The translations under genes were made by a program, and so were the position numbers. A DNA stretch of 64,000 nucleotides from contig NC_086109.1 of assembly GCF_963921235.1 (NCBI RefSeq), positions 25,422,001 through 25,486,000 on the forward strand, in the 5' to 3' direction. The notes under the pieces were generated by a model that saw only the letters and a program-made list of their open reading frames with translations, was not told the DNA's origin and did not search any database. The DNA comes from Mobula hypostoma (lineage: Eukaryota). Below, piece after piece: positions 48,856 to 60,399 of the stretch (position 1 is the first letter of the stretch; every line of letters begins with the position of its first letter).

Positions 48856-51800
48856 AATGGATCAGAAACACCCAAGTTCTAAGAGTGAATTTATTTGCAC
48901 TCTAAAATGTTTGCTCTATCCCAGACTGAGGTTGGATAATTTGCGTACTTATTGCTGATATTGGCCACAAAGCCTCCCAGTCACTTCAGCTAAATCACAT
49001 TAACCTTGCTTTAAAAGCATGATGTTCAGATCTATGTACAGATAAAGATCGATGTTAACATCCTTAGCTACTTTAACATTCATGAGGAAGAATTGTCTGG
49101 AACTGGGAAACTAAATGTCATCCTTTATACTGTAATTTGTGAAAATAGGGTATTTTAGCATCATTCACTACAAAATCATCAATCCCTTCTGAATCTTGGC
49201 TAGAGAGAGAAAGGGATAAAGTGAGAAAGAACAAGCATGGAAAAAAAGAGAGTACAGACAAAGTGAGATGAAGACGGAGCAGCTGGTGAGAGGAAGAGCT
49301 CTGCCTCACCTTATGCACATGATGCACACTGCCAGTTTCATCACACAGCAACTAGCAGTAAAACGTCAAGGATCTCCTGGCTGTAACACATAACCTACGG
49401 TCAGACTGCTGGTCCCTGGGCTCAGGCTCATGGTCTGGAGCCTGTGAGGAACAGCAAGTAACCAGAACCATACAGCAGTTCAAAGATAAGTCTTGACTCT
49501 CATCGCGTATGCAATGGGTAACTTTTAGTTGTTAACCTGTCAGTACAAAGTCACCCATCAATCAGGAATAAAAGTTTTGCTGTAGAGTTTGTGCAATCTT
49601 GACATCTAAAAAAATCAGTCCCTTCATAAAAGTTTCGATTTGACGACACACAGTTTTATGTGTACGAACAGATTAACAACTAATGGAAAATAGTAGAGAT
49701 TATCAGCTCTAGCTGATCTGGGCTTTATAAAAGCAATATCTGTCCTCAGTCCTGATTCCGTAATGCTTGACCCATTGGATTTTGGCCAGGAATGGTTGTT
49801 AACAGTGCAGGAAATGCCCACGATCATTTTATATAAAATACGTGTTCAGAGGTCCTCTGCATTTTACACTAGTCAAAAACAGCCTTTTCAAATAATAAAC
49901 GTCTTTTGAAGGCACTTTGAATGTGATTAGTTCAATCCTTTTCTTAAACAGTCACATTAAGCGTTAATCGCCTGATTTACGTAAGTACTGACGTGGCCCT
50001 AAACATTTATTAATTCACCCTAACTGGCAACTGGAATACTGTCAAAGAAGCAGAATGTCAAAGCAGACACTCAAAGCGGAGAGAGAAGTGACTATCACAT
50101 TTTAAAAAGCATATGAATATTCATATTGAGCTCCTCTACATCCAGTACTGCAGATCTAGAATGCGTGAAATGGGAAAAGGCTGGACAGCTAATTTCGTGG
50201 ATGTTCGTGCTGTAAATTTCCATGATTTTATGAATCCATGCACTGGCTCAATCTATTGTCCAGACTAAAATGGGATTCTTGGCTCAATGTGCACCTGCTC
50301 CAGTGCCCTCTTGAACAGAGCCACCAGAATGTGAACACCTATCCAATTTTACCACAAAAAAATGAAATAAAACATTAAACCAAAAGAATGCTGAGTTATC
50401 AATCAATTAACAAGAAAACCTTTCAAACAGTACAAAAACAAGAAAATTTGTACATGTTCTCATGTGATACTATATATTAAATATACAGTGAATATATACA
50501 TCACTACTAACCAACAATAGGATGAAAATATTCAGCAAAACTTCTGTAATTTTCATAATTTAACATAATGTACACAGACATATACAGGTTCAATGTACAA
50601 TATAAATATCTTTAGATTATTACTACATTCTCTAAGTCACACAAATACCAAATTGGCCAATGTTCTACCTACAGTGGCCAGAGGTGCAGCAATTGCAGGG
50701 CTTTAGAATATTCATGTGCTAGGGCAAAGAATTCTTCTCCAGAAAGGGATTTAAAGAGAGAGAAAATTAACCCTGTGGTTACCTGCAGTTCCTGGGAAGT
50801 TTGTTTTCTTTTTATATCGGCCTTTAGGTTTGAGCTTACTATTTGTGATCCTGACTGCCTACTGGGCAGTAAGTGGATTGCTGCAATAATTAAAAGATAA
50901 ATATGCTGTAAAATATTTCACACTCTTTTGTTCCATCACTTTTCTACCACATGAAATTCGTTGTGTATGCTAAATGTGCGCAGAACTCAATTTGTGAAAT
51001 TACATTCATTTTAAAACTGAACTTTAAGTGGATTTCAATGCATACGCGTCATTATATCATGTATTTTGCGCGTATTTTGTTTGATGGTACAGCACGGAGT
51101 AGGCCCTTCGAACCCCGCTGCCCCAGCAACATCACATTCCCAGTTAACTCTAAACTAATCATGGGGAAGTCACGCAGAGACATACCGAACGGCGCCGGAA
51201 TTGAACTCCAAACCGTGTACCACCCAGAGCTGTAAAAGCAGCACGCTGATCGCTACACTACCGCAGAGTAACAGAGGACAAATTTCCTTTTGTGTCTAAC
51301 GTTCTACTTGACTTTATCTTAAGTCTGGCTTTTATCTATAAAATTTTAAAACTATTACATCTGCAAAGGCTTCTGTTAATGTCCATTTAGTAATGAAATG
51401 TTATAACCTGGTTTACGGTGAACTGCAGAACCATCACTGGCAGGAAGGTGTCATCACTGCATGACTGGCTTACATACACACAGTCCATTGTCAGAGTGGA
51501 GGTAACAACATACAGTAAAACAACGGGGAACCAGGAATGGACTCACAGCTCTTTGTGCGAGTTATATTGTCAGGTTTTTGCTATAATTTGATGACTGGTT
51601 CCTTCCTTCACTTCAAGCATTGAAACTTTGAACTTTGACTGACCTTCTGCATCTCTGACCTCAGCAGTGAGAAGTAAACCACACTAAAGAGAATGCAGAA
51701 CCACCTACTCCTGTTTTTTGCTGTGCCCTGCCTGATCAGCCCTTACTAGCAGAGGAACATCAATGATCCTCAGCGATTATAACTAAATCCCAGATCACTA

Positions 51801-54685
51801 TTGCAAATCGCTGGCTGCCATAACCATATTAGTAACTGGTTCCTATGTTAGTGTGGTTCATTGGTCAGTATGTTGGTGGTAATCATTACCCTGAAAGTGT
51901 AAGCACTGGTCACTAGGTGAGTTAAGCACTGGTTATCATCTTAATGTAATTCTCCTAGTCAGTGAAAATCACAGGTCATGGACACAGTGTTAATAACTGA
52001 CCTCCATATCAGAGTAAATCAGATTATTTTGCCAATGGTCAGCTGCTCAGAACTTTACTTATAAAATGTAAACCCACAGGCACTGGATTCACTAAGTCTT
52101 GGAGTTAAACAGTAGGTCAAACAAGATGAGGAAGTCCTGCAATTAATATCTTTCTTGGTGATAACTGTTCCTCTTTCGAATCCCGGCAAGCCAGTTTGTA
52201 TTTCCAGCACTTCTTGTTTGTAACTTGTGAAACTCTGGTCATTTATTCAGAGATGCTTTCAGATGCTTGGCACTTATGCTGATCAGTGTCAAGGTAGAAA
52301 CTACCAAATTTTATCTCACAGAAGAACATTGGGGAACGCTCATTGTCTACCGTGCATTGCTTGCATTGGCTGTGCATCTGGGTGAGAGATCAGGTTAATA
52401 TTAACCAGATTTATTCAGCAGCTCACACTTAAGAGGTATTTGGGGGCAGGGATTAACACAGCACGATCACTGCATTCAACCAGATAGGTTCTGGCCTCAG
52501 TTCTGATAAATTAAGACTGATTATCATTGGGTTAAAGCCTTATTTCAAAAAAGAAGCCAGGTTTGACTTACTATACTTTTTTACTTCCTCCTCCTCTCTG
52601 GCAAGTAACAAACCTGAGCAACATATCACTTTACACCGGCCAGCAGCCATCGTTTGATAGCTTTCTCCCAAGACTGTTCCCTCCAGACAGGAAAGAATGA
52701 CAGCAGAATCCACAGTTATTCTGGATTTATTGTCTTTGAAGAGGAAATTCATGAATCCAAGGAATGTATTCCTACAGGGCTCAAAGAATAAATTTATTGA
52801 CGTTACCAGATTTTGTCTGTAACCTGCCAGTTAAACGTAGAGTTGGGAGCTTCGCCACTATCATTAACTTGCGGAGTGGCCCTCTTTGCCTGCAATTCCA
52901 GGTATCAACTGTAGATGTCCCTGACACCATATGAACAGTTGTGGAGTTACTTTGTTGGTGCAAGCTTAGGAAAAGTCATATTGCAAACGACATGCTGCAA
53001 ATAACTTTCCACTGCCATGTCCATCTAAAAAATTACTTAATTTTAGTAGATATTAATAGTTTGATATATTTAAAGAAGAGGTTGATAAGTCCTTGATTAG
53101 TAAGAGGGTCAAAGGTTACGGAGAGAAGACGGGAGAATGGAGTTGAGAAGGAAAATAATTCAGCCGCAATGGAATGGCAGAATGAATTTGATGGACTGAA
53201 TGGCCCTATTCTGCTCCTATATCTTGTGGTTTTATGGACATTTAAAGTAAAGTGATGTCAGCTGAAAGCAAATTTAATTGTAACTTCAAAAACAAACTGA
53301 TTAAACAGTCGAGGAAATGGAATCTGCATGTCTGTAGAGAAAGAGCAGGGGCACAGCACTGACTGGATAATTTGTTCAAACAGCCAGCACAAGTGCAATG
53401 GGCCAAATGGCATACTGTCCCACAGGATTTCATGTTCCAATTAATTGCTGCACCTCTAGTAATAATAGTGCAATAAAAAATTATATCTGATCCATCTGAT
53501 TGTACAACTTGAAACAAAATCAACACTTGAAAGCTGAAATCTATATGTCTCTGAAACATTGGAATATCACAACATTATATCTAGAGAAATGGCAATGTTC
53601 CCACTGTGCTTACCATCATGTGCTATAAATTAACAGGGCCCAACAGAAAAGTCTAGAATAAGTCCCCTCCCCAAATACATGAACTCACACCACCTAAAGT
53701 ACCAATAACACACACAGGACTGTTTACTACTGGTGTCTAATCCAAGTACATGTTAAACTCTGAACACTATACAGAGTGCAACGATTAACCTTCAGAAGCA
53801 GCTACCTGCTGCCTAGTTAGCTGTTGATTTTGCAAGCTTTAATACTGCAATCTGCAAACCAACACTGATTGGTCAGTGATATTGAGACTAGCTGCCCTCA
53901 ACAACCAAGCTGGTTGCTAATTAGCACTGAAATTTCAGAAATTTAGAGGGGAAAGTTTGTTGGCTCTGAATATCAATGCTCTTTGAGTGACCAACATGAG
54001 AGAGCAGCTCCTGCTGGACATGTTGTGATCTGTCTGGACTCAAGAGGAACTAATGAAATGTAATTAGATTTTACAATAAGATTCCAATAACCTGATATCT
54101 TATTGTTTGGAAACTCTAATAGTTCACTCATTAATACACTAACCCTTTGTTAGCTATGGACTTACTATTTGCAAATCTGTGTATTTGCATCGTTGGTCCT
54201 GTGTTATTGAGAGTGTAAGCTAGGTGTGGCATAAATTCAATTTTACAAGCTGAAATTCTCTGGATTCTGTTCCCACACTCCCTTTAAGTCAGTTCATTTC
54301 AGTTCCTCCTTCATTTTAAACTCAATCAATTCACTGGAATATTTATTACACTTGCAATACAATATGTTAAAAAATGAAATAAATGTGCATCGGAATAATA
54401 CAAGTAACATCCAATAGTCCAGCACCATTGTAGTCGGATTATTGGAGTGAGATCTCTGCTTAAATGTAGCTCATCCTGGGATCGGATATTGTGCTAGAAT
54501 CCCCTCATAAGTTCCCATCTGGAAACATTTCATCTTCCCACGTATTCTTGACAGAGGCATTAATCTTGTTCTGGAATATTCTTCAAGAACCCTTAAAGAT
54601 CTGTCAGACTAACCTTGGAATAACAAAATACATCAAAGTTGCTGGTGAACGCAGCAGGCCAGGCAGCATCTATAGGAAGAGGCAC

Positions 54686-54721
54686 AGTCGACGTTTCAGG
54701 CCGAGACTCTTCGTCAGGACT
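54686..54721 (-). ncRNA. Hammerhead ribozyme with a stem II mismatch
   Basis: Minus strand AGTC CTGACGA AGAGTCTCGGCCT GAAA CGTC GACT. Confidence 0.75.
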
Positions 54722-54772
54722 AACTGAAGGAAGAGTGAGCTTTCAAATCCCTTACTCACTCTTCCTTCAGTT

Positions 54773-54808
54773 AGTCCTGACGAAGGGTCTCGGCCTGAAA
54801 CGTCGACT
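54773..54808 (+). ncRNA. Minimal type I hammerhead ribozyme, intact core
   Basis: AGTC CTGACGA AGGGTCTCGGCCT GAAA CGTC GACT. Confidence 0.85.
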
Positions 54809-55071
54809 GCGCCTCTTCCTATAGATGCTGCCTGGCCTGCTGCGTTCACCAGCAACTTTGATGTATGTTGCTTGAATTTCCAGCATCTGCAGAATTCCTG
54901 TTGTTTGGAATAACAAAACATCATTTGACTGTGAAAGCATCAGAGGAGTCACTAGTTAGCAATTTGGAGTGTTTATGCAGCTGATTGTTTTTTTTCTACC
55001 TGTGGTGTAAGTGTTAGTTTTGGCTATGCTAACATGGCATAAACAAGTTCAAGTTTTCTTGTTGGTTTGCA

Positions 55072-55320
55072 AAGGAGTAATTTCTTTAGCCGGAGGGTGG
55101 TGAATCTGTGGAATTTATTGCCACAGACAGCAATGGAGGCTGGTCATTGGGTATATATAAAGTGGAGGTTGAAAGGTTCTTGCTTAGTAACGGCATCAAA
55201 GGTTACAGAGAGAAGGCAGGAGAATGTGGTTGAGCAGGTAAGTAAATCAGCCATTGATCAAATGGCAGACAGATTCAATGGGCTGAATGGCCTAATTCTG
55301 CTCCTAAGTCCTCTGGTCTA
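55072..55320 (+). mobile_element. CR1 3' end fragment (a similar one lies at ~53070-53238)
   Basis: NFFSRRVVNLWN motif and CR1 UTR. Confidence 0.8.
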
Positions 55321-55384
55321 ATATTACAGCATTAAGGCATTGGAGAATATTACACTTGGAGAATATAACAGCCAAGTTAAACTA

Positions 55385-55660
55385 CAGAATGAAGGAGAGA
55401 AGTATGGAAGGGAGAATGAGTGGAAAGAGGGTGATGGGTTTGAGTGGAGAGGAGAATACAGAGGGGGAATGTTGGGTTGGAGGAAGAACGGGGGAGAGAA
55501 ATATATGGAGCATGTAGAGTAAGAGGTGGGCAGAGTGAATGAAGGAAAGAACAGTGGTGGATAGGTGAGTGGAGGAAAGGTGAAGAGAGGGTGGGATGGA
55601 AGGTAGTGAGTGATGGGTGACTGAGCAGAGGAATGGCTGAGCAGAGGGTTGAGGGGAAAC
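55385..55660 (+). repeat. GA-rich low-complexity tract
   Basis: Purine-rich degenerate repeats. Confidence 0.7.
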
Positions 55661-57099
55661 AGACTGACACTGTTGTGAACTCGAGAAAAAGCCCTTTCTG
55701 TGTGGGGGCTCAGGCAAAACGTGAGACTGAAATTAAAGGTGTGGAGGCTGAGAGCAAGCTTGGATCCTATTCTGGATGAGCAGGGGTTTATTTATTCACT
55801 GTCTCCACCTCCATCAGTATGGCCACAGTCATTGCCCATTACAAGTGAACTGATTTCAGAATGTAGTTGCTGTGGGACCACAGCTTGGTTGAGACTTGGG
55901 TAAAGGCAGGAAACTTTCTTAAGGACAACACTGAATCAGTTGGAATTTTAAGAGAATCCAACAGCTTCATGATCACTTTTTCCCATTCCAGCTTCATACT
56001 TCCTAATTTTTCAATTAAGCAGTATTTAATTCTGTAGCAATGGTAGCATCTAAAATCACACCTCTGAGTTATCAGTGGAGAAACTGAACCACTACTCAGC
56101 CAGGCCCATTTCTACCTGCAAAACTGAGTCTTGGCCCCCTTCTTAATGCACCTGTGACTCTGGGAGAAGACCACCTTGAAATTTTTTGCCTAGATTTGAT
56201 GAATTTGATGGCCCTGATTGTTAGGGCCTTGTCTCAGTAACGAGGCACTGGAGAGGAAAAAGGTTGTATTCAGAATACAATAATATCTATGGAAAATCTA
56301 ATGTGTATTAACTGTAACTCGATGTATCTCCTTCCAGAGACCTGCTCGCCTTAGAGTTGCTGATTTAATGTATCGACAAGTTCCTATCATTTGTGCTTGG
56401 GGGTAAGTCTGCCTGCAGATCTAAGGTTGATGAGACCTGATATGTGGAAGTGAATCTACCTAACAAGGGAATCTTTTACTTAGATGCTAAATCACTTGTG
56501 CATGGTTGCATGTGCTAGCCCTGGGTTAGTACAAATACTGGATCTGGATAGTCAGTGGGTCCATTAATAGTCCATGGAATCAAATACAAACTCAGAATGC
56601 ATTTACTCTGGCAATAAGTACATGTGTCATATGTACTCAGTAGCTACATCGTACAGATACGTGGCCAAGGACATGTCCCATCTGTACTGAGCACTGGCTG
56701 ATGACAATCTGTATGGATGAATGACAAGTGTGTGTCACACTTGGGCTGACAACACAGCTAGTTCTCGGAGCATCCAGAGCAAATGTCATGTTAGTACTTG
56801 TATTATTTACGGCATATTGATACCTAGCTCGTACTTTCACATCTACATTCACATGTCAAAAGCATGTAAGGGCTGTAGATATGGCAAGGGCATGCATCAT
56901 CACTACTGACACAATATACACATGCAATACGTACTGAAATACTGCTAGCACTCGCAATACCTTCATTGATACATACATGCAACAGTGGTAGTGACACACT
57001 GCACAAACAACGTTTGTGTTCTGACAAGGTGAGTGCGCACATCCATGCACGTTGAGCAGGTACGTGTAACCACTGTACAGAGAGAGAGCTAGTACCTCG

Positions 57100-57149
57100 A
57101 AAACCAATTTCCCCCGGGATCAATAAAGTATGACTATGACTATGACTAT
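57100..57149 (+). mobile_element. 50-bp Rex1 terminal fragment
   Basis: CAATTTCCCCCGGGATCAATAAAG(TATGAC)n, the same tail as at ~23305-23360. Confidence 0.8.
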
Positions 57150-58445
57150 CTTTACAGACGTGGTTAGTACATGCAACATCTGCTCCAATGCAAAGCAAGC
57201 ACATGCAACATCAACAGTAATATGGCTCCACGTCTTGTACCAACGCACCACTATTCCATGCAGTGTACTGTACTAACCCACAGCAATTTCTCCCAGTCTT
57301 TGTACAACAGCCAGAAAGCACATATGACATTTCTGCTGATGCATAGCAAATACATGCAAGACCTACACATAGATATGGCTCATTACTGCCAGTAGTGCAC
57401 TGACAGGTCTAATGCATGCACCATTCATACTAACACATGGCTAGTACGTGTAATGTTTGTATGTTTGTATTAACACACAATAAGTGGATACAACATCTTT
57501 TCAGAGCTAAGGCATGCAAATCACATGCTAAATATTTGGCTACTACTAGCCATATCCATATTGATAAGTGATTTTCACATGCAATTACCATTTGACATAA
57601 GCTTGATATGGACAACATCTGTACTGATGTGGCTTCTATATCCAGCATCTTTGCTGGGACATAATATCTATATGGAATGTCTGTGTGGACATTAATACCA
57701 CAGAAGACACCAGCAAGCGCATGCATTTGTACTAACATATGCATTTAATACAGCATTAGTCTTCCTGAGTCTATATTTATGAGCCTATGCAGGTCTAGCC
57801 TATAAAGTAGTTGTACTGAATCAGGGCTGAGAAACATATTGCTTGTGCTAGAAGTCTATTTGACATTTGTGCTGAATGTGCTGACAGATAATGTGCAGAG
57901 CCTATACCACTGGCAATAATATGACAGTATATTGTATCTCTTTATGCAGGCGGAGCATATAATGCAGTTTTGCTGAAACAGGATCAGCATATATATCAGT
58001 AGGTACAGTTCAGTATATAGATAAGAGGTTACTACATACAATGCCTGTATTGTTATAAGGCTGGAATATATGGATTATCTGTGCTTTTATAGGGATAGTT
58101 TTTGTGTTACTTGTACTGATGGAGAAAAATATAATATACTTATGTATTATTTGTGCTGACTCAAGAGGTATATGTGTTGCCTGAGCTGATACAAGCCAGG
58201 TTTATTAAAATGCATTCTCAATGTTACCTGCTTTGAGACAGGTCCGAGACCAGTGCCTACACCGCTGAAGATCCATACTGCTTACACTATTTGAATTGGT
58301 TATATACCAGTGAAGATCATTGTCAAATCGATCTAGTCATGGGTTGTTTGCCCCAGTAACGACTGATGATTAATCGTTGCACCACTTACTGTTTCACTTT
58401 ATATTACAAATGCATTTTGAGCTGAGCTTCCTTTCTCAATCCACC

Positions 58446-58811
58446 TTAGAGTTCGGATTCGGGAGTGTCTGCTGATAGGTAGCCAACCCCGTATCGTCCA
58501 TTGGCAGCAGTCATTTCCATTGGCGAGATGCTATCTGGTCCATTATAGGAGCGATGAGTGGGCATCGGTGAAGGCGTCTCACTGGGGACCTTGCTCAGGA
58601 TGAACCTGGTCTCGTCATGGTCGTCCAAGTTGGATATGTCTTTCATCATTCGACCTCGTTTGTATGAAACAGACAAAGTATTGGACCCATCAGAAACAAG
58701 ATGAAAGTGGCGGGCAATGAAGACAATGGGAATGGGAAGAACTCCCACTACAATCAGTGCAATGGTCATTCCCAGGGCCCACCCTGGGAATATCAGGAAC
58801 TTCTCCGTAGC
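58446..58811 (-). CDS. SLC6A17: Sodium-dependent neutral amino acid transporter SLC6A17 (NTT4), last coding exon
   Basis: Acceptor TCTAG|GCT; encodes ATEKFLIFPGWALG...RMMKDISNL...DETRFILSKVPSE.PSPMPTHRSY...TPESEL-stop, matching the vertebrate SLC6A17 C-terminus. Confidence 0.95.
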   Translation of the reverse strand, partial: ATEKFLIFPGWALGMTIALIVVGVLPIPIVFIARHFHLVSDGSNTLSVSYKRGRMMKDISNLDDHDETRFILSKVPSETPSPMPTHRSYNGPDSISPMEMTAANGRYGVGYLSADTPESEL

Positions 58812-59820
58812 CTAGATATAGAAAAATAAAAGCTAATTATATTTATCATTGTTCTTAGTAGATGGGTTATTTCATTAATTTGGCTTATGTCCAGGGACCT
58901 TAATAGCTTGTGAGCCCACCAACAGATGCTACACAAGGAATTTCACTCACACATGGACTGATAAATAGAATTTTTCCTTTAAAATCATAATCAGATGGTG
59001 TCTTGCACACTTGCATACCCCTGGACTCATAGGCATGCACAGTCATTCAGCATTTACGCTCACACAGAAGGTGCATGCAATAAGACTTTACAATCACTAG
59101 TGCCCCCATTCACTAATTCCCCCATTCAAAGACCCCTTATATTCACTGACCTTCTCCATACCAATGGACCCTCTACATTCCAATACCATTACATTCACTC
59201 AATATCTTCACTCTGTGCCTTTTTATACTCCCTAACCCTTTACACACAGATTACGCCCCCCCCCGATGCTCACTATTCCAATACCCACAGCCCCACCTCA
59301 CTCAGATAATAAATATACTTTATATCCTCACCTGCTGAGCCCTCACACTTACAAACCTCACTGACACCCCCACACTCACACTGACTGGTATGTTGCACTA
59401 AAGTTCTAAGTAAATTTATTATCAAAGTATATAAATGTCACCAAATACTACCCTGCCGTACATTTTCTTGCAGACATCCACAGCAGAACAAGCAAATACA
59501 GTAGAAGCAATGAAAAACAACACACAAAAATTGACAAACAGCCAAAGTGCAAAAGAAGACATCTTGTGCAAATACTGAGAACTTGAACTGTAAAGTCATT
59601 GAAAGTGTTCGTCACCGAGCCCCACAATTCACACCATAAATGGAAATCCCTACATTCAGACTCATACTCACTGACCCTCTATATCGATCGACCCTGAGAA
59701 ATCAAGGGTATAATCTTTGCCCTTTCTCTTCTTTTATTAAGACAGATACAACAAGTCACATCCATGTGACTATCAACCCACCCCTTGTTCAATAATCTTA
59801 CTGTTGAAATATTCTTTTAC

Positions 59821-59983
59821 CTCCTCCATTATCCAGGCATTGTATCCTGGTGGAGTAATGCCCATCTGAATAATGCTGGCCACCATCAGGATAGCCATGG
59901 CCAGAGGAGAGATGTACTTCCAGGTGTAGTAATAATAGCTGTACGGAGTGAAGCCCAGCATTTCTGTTAACTCCTGCATGAAC
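59821..59983 (-). CDS. SLC6A17: SLC6A17 penultimate coding exon (163 bp)
   Basis: Acceptor TTTCCAG|G and donor GAG|GTAAAA; encodes FMQELTEMLGF...WKYISP...PPGYNAWIMEE; phase-0 join to the last exon. Confidence 0.95.
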
Positions 59984-60277
59984 CTGGAAAGGAGGATCAA
60001 CATGTGTAATACCCTCAATGTCTGGATTCCTCTGCTTTTCCTCTGTTCACTTCCAAACACATCACTCTGACTATGCAGAGTTTAACAATACAGAACAACA
60101 TAAATCTGGGCATTATTTTCAGAATGTTTAATTCTAACAGAGTTGTCCCTGCAGTCTAGGGATTAAACGTGCATAAAACAGCTTCTGATGTACTTGTGCG
60201 GGCTGCCACAGTGTGGCTTAAAGGAAAACCTCCCAATGCAGATCTTGGCCTGTTGCTAGGCACCCAATTCAATTACA

Positions 60278-60367
60278 ACGCACACAGTATACTGGAGGAT
60301 CTCAGCAGATCAGGCAGCATCTATACAGGAAAATAAATGGTCAACATTTTGGGCCAAGACCCTTCAC
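60278..60367 (-). mobile_element. Degenerate Penelope terminal-repeat fragment (intronic)
   Basis: GATCTCAGCAGATCAGGCAGCATCTAT...GGGCCAAGACCCTTCA. Confidence 0.65.
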
Positions 60368-60399
60368 ATTTACAGGTTCACTTCCAAAGTTCAGGATAG

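Larger units (their letters stand above)
54629..54904. mobile_element. Palindromic mini Penelope element with two hammerheads
   Basis: 14-bp TSD TTGGAATAACAAAA (54615-54628 and 54905-54918); inverted arms at ~54628-54739 and 54755-54866. Confidence 0.92.

Noticed and set aside
1400..48860. Exons of a neighbouring host gene (e.g. KCNC4, the human neighbour)
   Set aside because: No recognisable channel or other host coding sequence was found; small or non-coding exons cannot be excluded.
54628..54866. DNA-transposon MITE or pre-miRNA
   Set aside because: The arms are Penelope terminal sequence with a 14-bp TSD and an asymmetric tail, consistent with retrotransposition.
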